Below the pieces are notes generated by a model, which was not told where the DNA came from, made no database searches, and saw only the letters and a list, made by a program, of their open reading frames with translations. Source: Candidatus Bathyarchaeota archaeon (GTDB lineage: Archaea > Thermoproteota > Bathyarchaeia > TCS64). Taken from it: DNA of 64,000 bases. Shown piece after piece: positions 1 to 9,733 of this stretch. The DNA lies in NCBI GenBank assembly GCA_016783455.1, contig JADHWN010000001.1, positions 41,930 through 105,929 of the forward strand. The letters are read 5' to 3'. Every line of letters begins with the position of its first letter. Positions within the stretch are counted from its first letter, which is position 1. Made by a program: the position numbers and the translations under genes.

Positions 1-449
1 GGGACCACCAGCTGGTCGAAGGCACGGTCAACCCGGTCGTAGTAGTTGAGGCCGACGACGTGGAGCCTCTCGTCCTTGTAGGTCATCTCTCCGTCGTCGA
101 AGGCATGGAGGTATTCAGCGAGGGGGTGCTTGATGTAGTCGAGGGTGTCGCTCTGGGGCCTGCCGTCATGGTTCCCCCGGATGACGAGGACCCTGGGCTG
201 TTTACCGTGCCTCTCTTCTGTTTCCTTGGCTAGCCTGTAGAGCTCGTCGTGGGCGAACTGGACAAGGTACGGGCGGAGGGTCCTACGCTCGAAGAGGTCG
301 CCGCAGAGGAAGACGTAGTCGACGCCTGCCTCTATGATCGCGTCCACTGCCTTGGTGAATGCGTTGGAGAAGGCCTTGCGCCTGTGCTCGGCTATGGCGA
401 GGGGGATGCTGCGGCCGATATGGGCATCGGCGAGGACGGCGAACCTCAA
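1..449 (-). CDS. mre11: Mre11/SbcD-family metallophosphoesterase nuclease (5' part; runs off the window)
   Basis: Not in the ORF track. Translated by hand from TTG at 449: MRFAVLADAHIG...LCGDLFE...VIRGNHD, i.e. the DxH, GDxF and GNHD motifs. Confidence 0.75.
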   Translation of the reverse strand, partial: MRFAVLADAHIGRSIPLAIAEHRRKAFSNAFTKAVDAIIEAGVDYVFLCGDLFERRTLRPYLVQFAHDELYRLAKETEERHGKQPRVLVIRGNHDGRPQSDTLDYIKHPLAEYLHAFDDGEMTYKDERLHVVGLNYYDRVDRAFDQLVV

Positions 450-634
450 CTGCTCACCTATTTTGTATTAACTACGATTGACATCCTTCTTATCCGTTGT
501 CTTAAGGGGCTGCCTCTTCAGGTCAGAGCCCGTTGACATGGATACTCTCAGCGAGAGAGGTCGCATGAAGGGCTATCGAAATCTCCCAAGAAATACATAG
601 TACAAGCAGCCAAACTAACCAACATAGGTGCATA

Positions 635-1576
635 GTGTTGTCTGAACCAACCATGCCGACCCACCACGGCATCGAAGCTAAAGTGAATGGAGACTACCCC
701 AACGAGACGCTGCGGATCCTCCACCAGAGGGGAAGCTGCCGCCACTTCAAAGACGAGAAGATACCCGAGGAGGTGCTGGAGCTCCTCCTTGGAGCGGCGG
801 TGAACGCCCCCAGCGGTGGCAACCTCCAGAGCTTCAACATAGTCAAGATCGAAGACCCCGAGCGCCGGGAGAAGCTGATGAAGATCTGCGGCAACCAGAG
901 GTTCATCGGGGAGGCACCCCTCAACCTCGTCATCTGCCTCGACCAACGTCGGAGCATGAGGTGGGCGAAGCTCGACTATGCCCCATTCACCGGCATGGCC
1001 CAGATCAGGTCCTTCCTGATGGGCATCCAGCTGACAGGCATCGTGGGCCAAGCGATCTGCGTGGCAGCTGACGCCTTAGGCCTCGGCTCCTGCTACGTCG
1101 GTACGGCCCTAGCGAATGCGGGGGAGGTCTCGGAGTTCCTTGAGCTGCCCCAGGGAGTCTTCCCTGGAGTGCTCATCAGCATCGGTTACCCCGCAGAGGA
1201 GATATCCACGAGGAAGAAGCACCGGCTGAACACCCTCCTCCACCAGGAGAGGCACCGTGACCTCCCCGACGAGGAGCTCCTCGCCGCGTACAAGGAGAAG
1301 CACGAGGCGGCATGGGCCCCCCGGGTCGAGATAACGGAGAGACGGCTCCAGAGGCTCTACGAGACCTGCCTCAGGGTCCACGGAGAGGAGTTCGCTGAAC
1401 GTAGCGTAGCACATGCACGGGAGCTAGGATATATAAGCCCCGTTCAGAGGTACTTTGGCCTCCACTACCGAGCCGACTCTGTCTTCACCTCCCCCAATTC
1501 GGAGTTCTTAGAGATCATCAAGGGGCAGAGCTGGAACATCTGCGGGGACTATAAGCCACCTATGAAACACGAATAA
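635..1576 (+). CDS. Nitroreductase family (NfsA/Frp-like flavin oxidoreductase)
   Basis: RGSCRHF, APSGGNLQ and ALGLGSCYVG motifs; true start may be the ATG at 653. Confidence 0.85.
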   Translation: MLSEPTMPTHHGIEAKVNGDYPNETLRILHQRGSCRHFKDEKIPEEVLELLLGAAVNAPSGGNLQSFNIVKIEDPERREKLMKICGNQRFIGEAPLNLVICLDQRRSMRWAKLDYAPFTGMAQIRSFLMGIQLTGIVGQAICVAADALGLGSCYVGTALANAGEVSEFLELPQGVFPGVLISIGYPAEEISTRKKHRLNTLLHQERHRDLPDEELLAAYKEKHEAAWAPRVEITERRLQRLYETCLRVHGEEFAERSVAHARELGYISPVQRYFGLHYRADSVFTSPNSEFLEIIKGQSWNICGDYKPPMKHE

Positions 1577-1685
1577 CCTCTACGAGTGGGCTAACCCCTT
1601 ACGAGAGACTCGTTCAGGACAGAGGCGTTGTCACATACCGGGTAAGCGATATATAGACAGTTCCCAAAGGAATACTGAACAGAAA

Positions 1686-3287
1686 ATGGTCGACCAAGGA
1701 TTCAGGATCCCCACCAAGAAAAGCCTCGTCGTGAGAAAGGTCAGAGACGTCACCCAGAAGCAGCGGGAGCGAGCCCAAGCGGCGACTGAGTACAACGTCT
1801 TCTCTTTCCCGGCGGAGCTTCTGGTTGTGGATTACCTGTCGGACTCGGGGACAACGGCCATGACCGACAGGCAGTGGGCGGCGCTGATGTACGGGGATGA
1901 GAGCTACGGGAGGAACACCGGCTACTTCGTCCTCTTGGAGGCGTTCAGGGACATCTTCGAGAGGGGTGACGCCCGGAGGAAGACTGTGGACCTGATCCTG
2001 AGAAACGAGAGAGACGTCGACAAGCTCATGGACGAGCTCCTTCTGGTGGATGTCGAGGGGGGGTTCGTGAACGGTGGCAGGTTCCAGCTCATGAGGCCAA
2101 ACGCATTCATCGTGCCCCAGGGCAGGTGTGCTGAGCACCTGCTCTTCACCACCCTCAGGAAGGTCTTGACGGAGCACTTCCCCGGATCGGAGTACTGGAT
2201 CCCGAGCAACGGGCACTTCGACACCACCGAGGCCAACATCCACAGCAACGACATCCACCCCGTCAACCTCTTCTCGGGGGACATTTTCAGCGAGTTTCCC
2301 GTCGAGGAGATACGAGACGTGAACCCCTTCAAGGGGGATATGGACATCAGGAGGCTCGTAAAGCTCATAGATGAGAAGGGAGCGGAGTCGGTTCCCCTGA
2401 TCTACCTGACGATAACCAACAACACGGCCGCCGGTCAGCCCGTCTCCATGAGGAACATGCGCGAGGTCAGGGAGGTGGCCGACAGGTACGGCATCCCCCT
2501 GTTCTTCGACGCATGCAGGTTCGCCGAGAACGCCTACTTCATCAAGGAGTTCGAGGAGGGCTACGAGGGCTCTTCCATACCTGAGATAGTCAGGGAGATG
2601 TTCATCCACTGCGACGGGTTCTCAATCAGCTTCAAGAAGGACGGCCTAGCGAACATGGGGGGAGGCCTCTTCTTCAAGGACAGGGGGGTCTTCCATCGGC
2701 GGTTCTCCGTTGACGCTGACGTAGGGGTGCTCCTCAAGGAGATGCAGATACTCTCCTTCGGGAACGACAGCTACGGCGGCCTCAGCGGCAGGGACATCAT
2801 GGCGCTGACCATCGGCCTCTACGAGGTCGTCGAGGAGGACTACCTCCGGGACAGGATAGAGCAGGTGAGGGACATGGCGGAGAAGCTTGCCCTAAACGGA
2901 GTGCCGGTCGTCCTGCCCCCCGGAGGCCACGCGGTCTACGTTGACATTGACAGGTTCTTCGAGGGCACCGACGTGAGGATCGAAGACTTCGGTGGCGTGG
3001 GGCTAACCCTGGAGTTGATCAGGAGATACGGGATAAGGGGCTGCGAGCTAGGGCCATTCGCCTTCGAGTGGGACAAGAAGACCCCGGAGGAGAGGAAGGG
3101 CATACTGAACTTCGTGAGGTTCGCCGTGCCCAGAAACGTGTACAACGTTGAGCACATCAACTACACTGTCGCAGCGTTGACCGAGCTCCACCGGAACAGG
3201 GAGAGAATACCGAAAGTAGAGATAGTGAGGGGGAAGGAGCTCCGCCTTAGGCACTTCCAGACAGGTCTCAGACCTGTATACAGCTAG
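1686..3287 (+). CDS. tnaA: Tryptophanase / tyrosine phenol-lyase family PLP beta-eliminating lyase
   Basis: DYLSDSGT, GDESY, QGR, FDTT, TNNTAAGQPVS, DACRFAENAYFI and SFKKDG (PLP Lys) motifs. Confidence 0.8.
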   Translation: MVDQGFRIPTKKSLVVRKVRDVTQKQRERAQAATEYNVFSFPAELLVVDYLSDSGTTAMTDRQWAALMYGDESYGRNTGYFVLLEAFRDIFERGDARRKTVDLILRNERDVDKLMDELLLVDVEGGFVNGGRFQLMRPNAFIVPQGRCAEHLLFTTLRKVLTEHFPGSEYWIPSNGHFDTTEANIHSNDIHPVNLFSGDIFSEFPVEEIRDVNPFKGDMDIRRLVKLIDEKGAESVPLIYLTITNNTAAGQPVSMRNMREVREVADRYGIPLFFDACRFAENAYFIKEFEEGYEGSSIPEIVREMFIHCDGFSISFKKDGLANMGGGLFFKDRGVFHRRFSVDADVGVLLKEMQILSFGNDSYGGLSGRDIMALTIGLYEVVEEDYLRDRIEQVRDMAEKLALNGVPVVLPPGGHAVYVDIDRFFEGTDVRIEDFGGVGLTLELIRRYGIRGCELGPFAFEWDKKTPEERKGILNFVRFAVPRNVYNVEHINYTVAALTELHRNRERIPKVEIVRGKELRLRHFQTGLRPVYS

Positions 3288-3352
3288 CGGACTCATGGAA
3301 GAGGCCTCCCCCCATCTTACACGGCAGATATGGATCCAAGTAAGTGAAGGGT

Positions 3353-3472
3353 TTAGTGCTTCCTGGCGGTGAGCAAAGCCACTTAGGTCCTCTCGTCGGG
3401 GGACATGTTCTTTGCGTAGACGGCGAGGGCCGTCAGTGATGAGGACAACGCGTGGAGGACGACGCTGTTCAT
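3353..3472 (-). pseudogene. Remnant 3' end of a paralog of the threonine-synthase-like gene at 6307-7266
   Basis: Translates VVLHALSSSLTALAVYAKNMSPDERT*VALLTARKH*, matching LVLPASSSSLAALADYAKNRSSGERTFVAVLTGRRL*; internal TAA at 3383-3385. Confidence 0.8.
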
Positions 3473-3534
3473 CACGGGTATCTATTAGAGGGCACTGGTT
3501 ATTGTCGTTTTCATCTAAAAGCGAGGAGTCTCGC

Positions 3535-4770
3535 CTACTCCTCTCGCTTCTCGGGCTCCCTAACCTTGAGGACGGCTAAAAGCGCCCCCACGACGAGCAG
3601 CCCCGCGCTCAAGTAGAAGACGAAGGCCTTAGAGTAGCCCTGGTAGATGGCCCCACCCACGACGGTCCCGGCTCCCCAGATGAGGGACCAGGAGACGCTG
3701 GCTATCGCTGAGAACCGCCCCCGATGCTCCTTGGGGGAATAGTCGTAGAAGACCGCCTCCCAGGCAGGGTCCCCTATGCAGCTCGCCACCGTGATCAGCA
3801 ACCGGGCCACTAGGATACCCGGGTAGCCCCTCGCAACTGCGAAGAGGACGAAGGAGACCGGCCAGAGGAACATGGTCGGCAGTATGAACTTCATCCGCCC
3901 GTGCTTGTCCGAGGCCCTCGCCAGGGGGGGCATCAGAACTATCCTGGCGATCATCACCATCATCGTTGCGGCTCCCCACTGGGAGGCCAGGACGCCCACC
4001 TCCTCCTTCGCGTAGGTGACGAAGTAGGGCTCAGCCACGGCCCAGGCGAATGTGAAGACGAAGTCGATGAGGAGAAATGTCCAGAGCTGGATGGGGAGGT
4101 CCCTGAATGTGGCGACGAAGTCAGATAGGATCTCCCTCGCGGCGTTCCTAGGGTCCTTTTCGACCCCCTTCCCGTTCTCCAGGGTCTCCTCGATGTACCT
4201 GTACCTGAGGAACGAGGCCAGGGTAGCAATCACGAAGGTGAAGATGTAGGCCAATCGCATCACCGGCAGGATGCCCCTGGCGTCTATGAAGAGGCCAATA
4301 GCGTAGGGGGAGAGGAGGCCGAACAGGGAGGGGACAACCCTCCTGAGGGCCATGGAGAGGGCTCGGTTGTCAGGCGTCGTCGAGTCCGCCATGATGGAGA
4401 GGAAGGCCGGATCCCTCAGGCCGGCGAAGAGGGAGTCCAGCGCGAAGGCGACGTAGATGTACCGGTAGTCGGGGGCGTAGGCGAAGAATAGCTGGTTCAT
4501 GGCCAAGAGGAAGCTGAGGGAGTAGAGCATCTTCTTCCGCCCAAGGGCGTCTGCCAGATAACCCCCGAACAGGGAGGGGACTATCCTGATGACGGCTCCG
4601 AGAGCGAAGATGAGGCCGATGTCGATGTACCGGCCTCCTAGCTCCAGCACGTAGAGCGCGTAGAAGGGAAAAGTCATGGATGCGCCGATGTTCCACAGAC
4701 CTGAGCTGAGAAGCAGAACCCCGATGTTACTCCTTATAAATTTCCATCTACCCGCGTGGGCTTCAGGCAT
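3535..4770 (-). CDS. MFS transporter
   Basis: About 12 hydrophobic segments; GGYLADALGRK and ASDKHGR motif-A loops. Confidence 0.9.
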   Translation of the reverse strand: MPEAHAGRWKFIRSNIGVLLLSSGLWNIGASMTFPFYALYVLELGGRYIDIGLIFALGAVIRIVPSLFGGYLADALGRKKMLYSLSFLLAMNQLFFAYAPDYRYIYVAFALDSLFAGLRDPAFLSIMADSTTPDNRALSMALRRVVPSLFGLLSPYAIGLFIDARGILPVMRLAYIFTFVIATLASFLRYRYIEETLENGKGVEKDPRNAAREILSDFVATFRDLPIQLWTFLLIDFVFTFAWAVAEPYFVTYAKEEVGVLASQWGAATMMVMIARIVLMPPLARASDKHGRMKFILPTMFLWPVSFVLFAVARGYPGILVARLLITVASCIGDPAWEAVFYDYSPKEHRGRFSAIASVSWSLIWGAGTVVGGAIYQGYSKAFVFYLSAGLLVVGALLAVLKVREPEKREE

Positions 4771-4914
4771 ACCTCTCAGCTAACATCTATCATCAACGCT
4801 CAGGTTAATGCAATAACGGGAAGGGATCAACAATAAAAATTTACCTGAAAAAAAAAGGCCGCGTGCTAAATATTTATCTTCTAATGTCGAGATGCTTTTA
4901 CGGACCAGATAATA

Positions 4915-6357
4915 ATGTCAGGTGCCAAAGACGGTTATCTCGACGTCGAAGCCTTCTACGACAACGATTCAGTTCTAATCCGGCTCGACGGCAAGGACTA
5001 CCGCATCGAGTACCCCGAGGAGGTCTGGAGCCCCCTCAGGGATGAGGTTAAGGCCTCCATCGTAGACCACCTGGCCTTCCTAGCCACCAACTATCTCCCA
5101 TTAGTCGCCGAGAAGACGGGGGTGAGGTATAACACCCGCCTGCCGATGTTCGACTCCTTCTCCTTCAAGAGCAACGCCATGGACATGCCCTCAAGCGCCG
5201 TCCTCGACTGGAAGAAACCACATGACTATGTAAGGGACTACCTGAACCTCGACTTCGTCTTCAGCCCCGAGAGGCCCATAGTGTGGAGGGAGACCTTCGA
5301 GCCGGAAAACAGGGCGATTATATCCTTCACTTCGGGAAAGGAGAGCCTCCTCACCCTCGCCATCTGCCTCGAGCTCGGGCTGGAGCCCATCCTGATCAAC
5401 ATCGTGGAGCCCTCCAACACTTACGAGAGGGGACATAAAGCCGAGATCCTCGAGAAGATCAACGAGGAGTTCGGCATAGGCTACTACACCGTCCCCAACC
5501 AGGTGGGGCTCTTCCACGACGCCAAGCACATGGGCCTGAGGCCCAGCGCCCTGGGCTGGGGGAACCAGCTAATGTACTACCTCTTCATCTACCTCCCCTT
5601 CATAATCCACCACAGGGCAAAGTACGTCTTCTACGGCAATGAGCACAGTTGCGACTTCGAGGTTGATGGCTCAGAGGGCTTCCGTAACAACTTCTGCTAC
5701 GACCAGAGCAGCCACTGGACCATCCAGCAGGACATCATGCTGCGTACCCTGACTGGAGACTCTGCGAGCGTGGGGAGCCTCGTCGGCCCCCTCAACGAGA
5801 TAGCGGTAGTCAAGTGCCTCCACGAGGGCTACCCGGAGCTGGCGAAGTACCAGATGTCATGCTTCTGCGAGGACGAGGTCACCCGGGAGCACAGGTGGTG
5901 CTGCAACTGCTCGAAGTGCGCCAGGAACTACGCCTTCATCAAGGCCATAGGAGGGGACCCTCAGAGGGTGGGTTTCTGGCTCGACATGTTCAGCGATGAT
6001 TGCATAGGCCTCTACGCGGCCATGGATGGCAAGGAGACATATGGGTTCGACAGGAGCGGCCTCGGGAGGGAGGAGCAGGAGCTGGCGCTCCTCATGGCGT
6101 GCGAGAGGGACCCTGAGAACCCTTTCCTGAGGGAGTTCATGGCGAAGATCGATCTCGGTACCTCAGGCGAGAACCCCGGCGACCCATTGGACGCCTTGTA
6201 TGAGTACTACTTCACGCCCCAGGAGTACCTCGCGATACCCGAAGAGCTGAAGGAGCAGGTGTACGATATCTACAACAGGCTTCTGAAAACCCAGAGTGAG
6301 ACGCCCTCAGAGTCTCCTACCCGTCAAGACGGCCACGAAAGTCCTCTCTCCGGATGA
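4915..6357 (+). CDS. PP-loop ATP-pyrophosphatase with C-terminal Cys cluster, MurL/QueC-like (paralog A)
   Basis: SFTSGKESLL PP-loop, GNEHSC, YDQS, PLNEI, SC...WCCNCSKC. Confidence 0.6.
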   Translation: MSGAKDGYLDVEAFYDNDSVLIRLDGKDYRIEYPEEVWSPLRDEVKASIVDHLAFLATNYLPLVAEKTGVRYNTRLPMFDSFSFKSNAMDMPSSAVLDWKKPHDYVRDYLNLDFVFSPERPIVWRETFEPENRAIISFTSGKESLLTLAICLELGLEPILINIVEPSNTYERGHKAEILEKINEEFGIGYYTVPNQVGLFHDAKHMGLRPSALGWGNQLMYYLFIYLPFIIHHRAKYVFYGNEHSCDFEVDGSEGFRNNFCYDQSSHWTIQQDIMLRTLTGDSASVGSLVGPLNEIAVVKCLHEGYPELAKYQMSCFCEDEVTREHRWCCNCSKCARNYAFIKAIGGDPQRVGFWLDMFSDDCIGLYAAMDGKETYGFDRSGLGREEQELALLMACERDPENPFLREFMAKIDLGTSGENPGDPLDALYEYYFTPQEYLAIPEELKEQVYDIYNRLLKTQSETPSESPTRQDGHESPLSG

Positions 6358-7266
6358 CCTGTTTTTTGCGTAGTCGGCCAGGGCGGCGAGGGAGGAGGAC
6401 GACGCCGGGAGGACGAGGAGCCCCTCCTGGTGGGCAAGGATTTCTGAGAAGGCTAGGAGCGTGTCGTCAGGGACATAGGCGGCCCACCCCCGGCTTTCCC
6501 AGAGGGCGTCCAGGGCCTCCTGCCCGTCGAGGCATCGCCAGCTCACCAGGGGCTCGTTGTGCTCGGTCTCAGTGATCTCCGAAGGCTCTAGGTCCCTTAT
6601 CCTTCTCTCTCCATTATGGAAGCAGTCCACGACGGGGTTCCCCCCGGGGGTGCTTGCGGCGACCATGATCGGGACCTTGTCGGTCTCACCTTCGTCTCGG
6701 AGCCTCTTGAAGCCCTGATGGACGCCGGCGAGGGTGGTGCCGTTGCCCACCGGCACGGCGACGACGTCTGGGGCGTACCCCAGCCTCTCGTGGATCTCGT
6801 AGGAGATCGTTGCGTAGGCCTCCATGGAAGCCTTGGTGTTGGCCTCTACACCGGGGTTGGCGTTGAACCACCCGAGCCTCGCCGCCTCTTGCCCAGAGAA
6901 CTCGACCACCTCCTCGTAAGTCCCGGGAGCCCGGTGGATGATCCCCCCCGCATCCTCCATCTCCCTTATTCGGGGAGTGTGGTAGCCTTCCGGGATGTAG
7001 ACATGGGTCTCTATGTCGAATCTCTTCGAGAGGTGGACGAAGGAGGCGCCGAAGTTGCCGCAGGAGGCTATGACGAGTTTGTCGTATCCCCCCTTCCTGG
7101 CGAGGTCCAGGCATGCATAGGAGGCTCTGTCCTTCATTGTGCCAGTGGGATTTCCGCCCTCGAACTTTAGGAAAATTTTACTGAAATCTAGCAATATTTC
7201 GATATTACGTGAACGTGTAAAGATCGTGCCCCCGATGCCGTGCAGTTTTAGATCATCTTTCAACAT
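6307..7266 (-). CDS. PLP fold-type II enzyme, threonine-synthase-like
   Basis: LKFEGGNPTGTMKDR, ASCGNFG and VPVGNGTT motifs. Confidence 0.85.
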   Translation of the reverse strand: MLKDDLKLHGIGGTIFTRSRNIEILLDFSKIFLKFEGGNPTGTMKDRASYACLDLARKGGYDKLVIASCGNFGASFVHLSKRFDIETHVYIPEGYHTPRIREMEDAGGIIHRAPGTYEEVVEFSGQEAARLGWFNANPGVEANTKASMEAYATISYEIHERLGYAPDVVAVPVGNGTTLAGVHQGFKRLRDEGETDKVPIMVAASTPGGNPVVDCFHNGERRIRDLEPSEITETEHNEPLVSWRCLDGQEALDALWESRGWAAYVPDDTLLAFSEILAHQEGLLVLPASSSSLAALADYAKNRSSGERTFVAVLTGRRL

Positions 7267-7359
7267 TTTGATTAACTTTCTCTCGAAGAAGGATAGATAT
7301 TGTTTTTAATCACCAAGTATTTACGCGTTTCGGATCTCAGATCTAAAGGTAATGGTTAA
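7267..7359. promoter_or_regulatory. Divergent promoter region
   Basis: AT-rich gap between divergent genes, with inverted TGATTAA (7269-7275) and TTAATCA (7306-7312) TATA-like boxes. Confidence 0.45.
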
Positions 7360-8718
7360 GTGAAGAGTCTAGCCATCAAGGCCAGGCAGACGGACAGCGG
7401 CGTGGAGATCCGCTTCCGGGGCTCCAAATACGTCATCGAGTATCCCGACGAAATCTGGAAGGAGTACCCCCGGGAGGCCCGTGACGTTCTATTTGACAAC
7501 CTCGTCTACGCCGAGACCATCCATCTGCCTCTGACCCACAAGACCGGGGAGATAGTCTACGACACTCCTCCCCCCTACTTCCAGACCTATTTTTTCCAGA
7601 ACATGGTCATGGACTTCCCCAGCTGCGCCGACGTGGATGGTACATCGACCGCTGAGCTGCTGAAGGCCTTCATGAACACGACGGTCTCCTTCAGTGAACA
7701 GGAGATAAAGTTCCCCGACCACGTCGAGGAGACCCGGGAGGACTCCTCGGTTGTGAGCATCAGCTTCGGGAAGGACAGCCTCCTCACCTGGGCAGTCTGC
7801 AGGGAGATGGGGATGAACCCCCAGCTCTGCTACGTCGTGGAGCCCCTCCTCACATACGAGGAGAAGCACAAGATGGTCCTCGCCGAGGAGTTCCACAGGG
7901 AGTTCGGGGTCAAGCTCAACAAGATAATCCACTCCGCCGGCAAGCTCCGGGATGGCATAATGCTGGGGCTGGGCAAGACGGAGTTAGGCTGGGGACTACA
8001 GTCCACGGAGTACGCCCTCATGATCCTCCCCGTCGCCCACAGGTACGGGGCCCGGTACATCCTCCTCGGTAACGAGCAGAGCTGCGCCGAGTACTACCAT
8101 GACAAGGAGGGCTTCGTCTGTTACCCCGCCTACGACCAGAGCCACATCTGGACGAAGCAGATCGACTCCATGACCCGGCAGATGACCGGGGGAGGCGTCC
8201 GCTACATGAGCGTCATCGAGCCCCTGAACGACATCGCCGTCGTCTACGCCCTCTACAAGCGGTATCCCGAGGTGGCCAAGTATCACATGTCCTGCTTCGT
8301 GGAGACGGAAGCTGGGAGGGACCACCGCTGGTGTCTCGACTGCTCGGTCTGCAGCAAGATGTACCTCCTCATCGTGGCCTCAGGCTTCGACCCGGCCACT
8401 GTGGGCCTAACCAGGAACATGCTCACCAGGGAGTGCAAGGACTACTACAGCCTCTTCGGCGGCAGCAGCGTCAACACATACGCCCTAACGGGGAGGGGCC
8501 GGGACGAGCAGCTTTTCGGCTTCTACCTCGCCTGGAAGAACGGCGACAGGAGCGACCTGGTCCAGGAGTTCGAGGACCGCTTCCTCGACGAGGCAAGGGA
8601 CAGGGAGGACGAGCTCTATAAGACGTTCTTCGGCCTCCACGAGAGCATAACGATGCCCAAACACATCAACGAGAAGGCGACGAGCATATACAAGGAGGTG
8701 CTTTCAGATCTCCCCTAA
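7360..8718 (+). CDS. PP-loop ATP-pyrophosphatase with C-terminal Cys cluster, MurL/QueC-like (paralog B)
   Basis: SISFGKDSLL, LGWG, GNEQSC, YDQS, PLNDI, SC...WCLDCSVC; collinear with 4915-6357. Confidence 0.6.
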   Translation: MKSLAIKARQTDSGVEIRFRGSKYVIEYPDEIWKEYPREARDVLFDNLVYAETIHLPLTHKTGEIVYDTPPPYFQTYFFQNMVMDFPSCADVDGTSTAELLKAFMNTTVSFSEQEIKFPDHVEETREDSSVVSISFGKDSLLTWAVCREMGMNPQLCYVVEPLLTYEEKHKMVLAEEFHREFGVKLNKIIHSAGKLRDGIMLGLGKTELGWGLQSTEYALMILPVAHRYGARYILLGNEQSCAEYYHDKEGFVCYPAYDQSHIWTKQIDSMTRQMTGGGVRYMSVIEPLNDIAVVYALYKRYPEVAKYHMSCFVETEAGRDHRWCLDCSVCSKMYLLIVASGFDPATVGLTRNMLTRECKDYYSLFGGSSVNTYALTGRGRDEQLFGFYLAWKNGDRSDLVQEFEDRFLDEARDREDELYKTFFGLHESITMPKHINEKATSIYKEVLSDLP

Positions 8719-8722
8719 ACGA

Positions 8723-9721
8723 ATGAGGGTGGCCTTCTGCTGTAACACCCGTCACGAGGAGGACGAGTTCCAGGTCGAGTACGACCCACCGGACACGATA
8801 GAGAAGGTCAAGAAGGGGATAGAGTACGCGGGCCACGAGTACCTCTTCATCGAGGGCGACGAGACCGCATACGACCGCTTGAGGACGCTGAGGCCCGACA
8901 TGGTGCTCAACAGGGCGGAGGGGATCAGAGGGGAGAGCAGGGAGTCCCATATACCCGCCTTCTGCGAGATGCTGGGCATCCCCTACGTCGGCGCGGGCAT
9001 TATGTCCACGGCCATCTGCCTCGAGAAGCCCACAACCAAGATGATACTAGAGTTCAACGGCGTCAAGACGGCGCCCTTCCAGGTCTTCAACGCCGTCGAC
9101 GACCCCCTGGATTCCGGTGTCGAGCTACCCCTGATACTGAAGCCGAGCCACGAGGGCTCCAGCATGGGGATCAACTGGGACAACGTCGTCTTCGACGAGG
9201 CGGCGCTCAGGGCGAAGCTGGCGGAGATGCTGGAGACCTACAGGCAGCCAATCCTCGGGGAGAGGTACATCGATGGCCGCGAGTTCACCACAGGGCTCCT
9301 GGGCAACTACCTTCCGGGGGAGGAGCCCCGGTTCCTCTCAGTATTGGAGGTGGACTTCTCCAGGTTCCCGGAGGGGCTGGGGAACGTCCTGGGGCAGAAG
9401 GCGAAGACCATCTTCGACACATCAGACCACTACGTCTGCCCGGCGAACATCCCCGAGTCCCTGAGGCTGAGGCTGGAGGAGGCGTCCCTGAAGGCCTTCA
9501 AGGCTCTGGACATAAAGGACTGGGCGCGGTTCGACTGGAGGATGGACGGAGATGGGGAGATCTACTTCCTGGAGGCGAATCCGCTGCCGGGGATCGACGC
9601 GGTCGAGGAGGAGGACGAGTACAGCTTCTACCCCATGATGGCCCTCGCCTCCGACATGACCTATGACGAGATGATAAAGCAGCTGATCGAGGCCGCCTTC
9701 AGGCGGTACGGCATCAAATAG
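8723..9721 (+). CDS. D-Ala-D-Ala-ligase-like ATP-grasp enzyme
   Basis: LGIPYVG, LILKPSHEGSSMGI, ERYIDGREFT, ARFDWR and FLEANPLPG motifs. Confidence 0.85.
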   Translation: MRVAFCCNTRHEEDEFQVEYDPPDTIEKVKKGIEYAGHEYLFIEGDETAYDRLRTLRPDMVLNRAEGIRGESRESHIPAFCEMLGIPYVGAGIMSTAICLEKPTTKMILEFNGVKTAPFQVFNAVDDPLDSGVELPLILKPSHEGSSMGINWDNVVFDEAALRAKLAEMLETYRQPILGERYIDGREFTTGLLGNYLPGEEPRFLSVLEVDFSRFPEGLGNVLGQKAKTIFDTSDHYVCPANIPESLRLRLEEASLKAFKALDIKDWARFDWRMDGDGEIYFLEANPLPGIDAVEEEDEYSFYPMMALASDMTYDEMIKQLIEAAFRRYGIK

Positions 9722-9733
9722 AGGGAGTGCAGT

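Noticed and set aside
8723-9721. Evidence for true peptidoglycan synthesis or bacterial contamination
   Set aside because: The N-terminus lacks the canonical Ddl GGxSxE motif, no mur genes are present, and codon style matches the archaeal genes.
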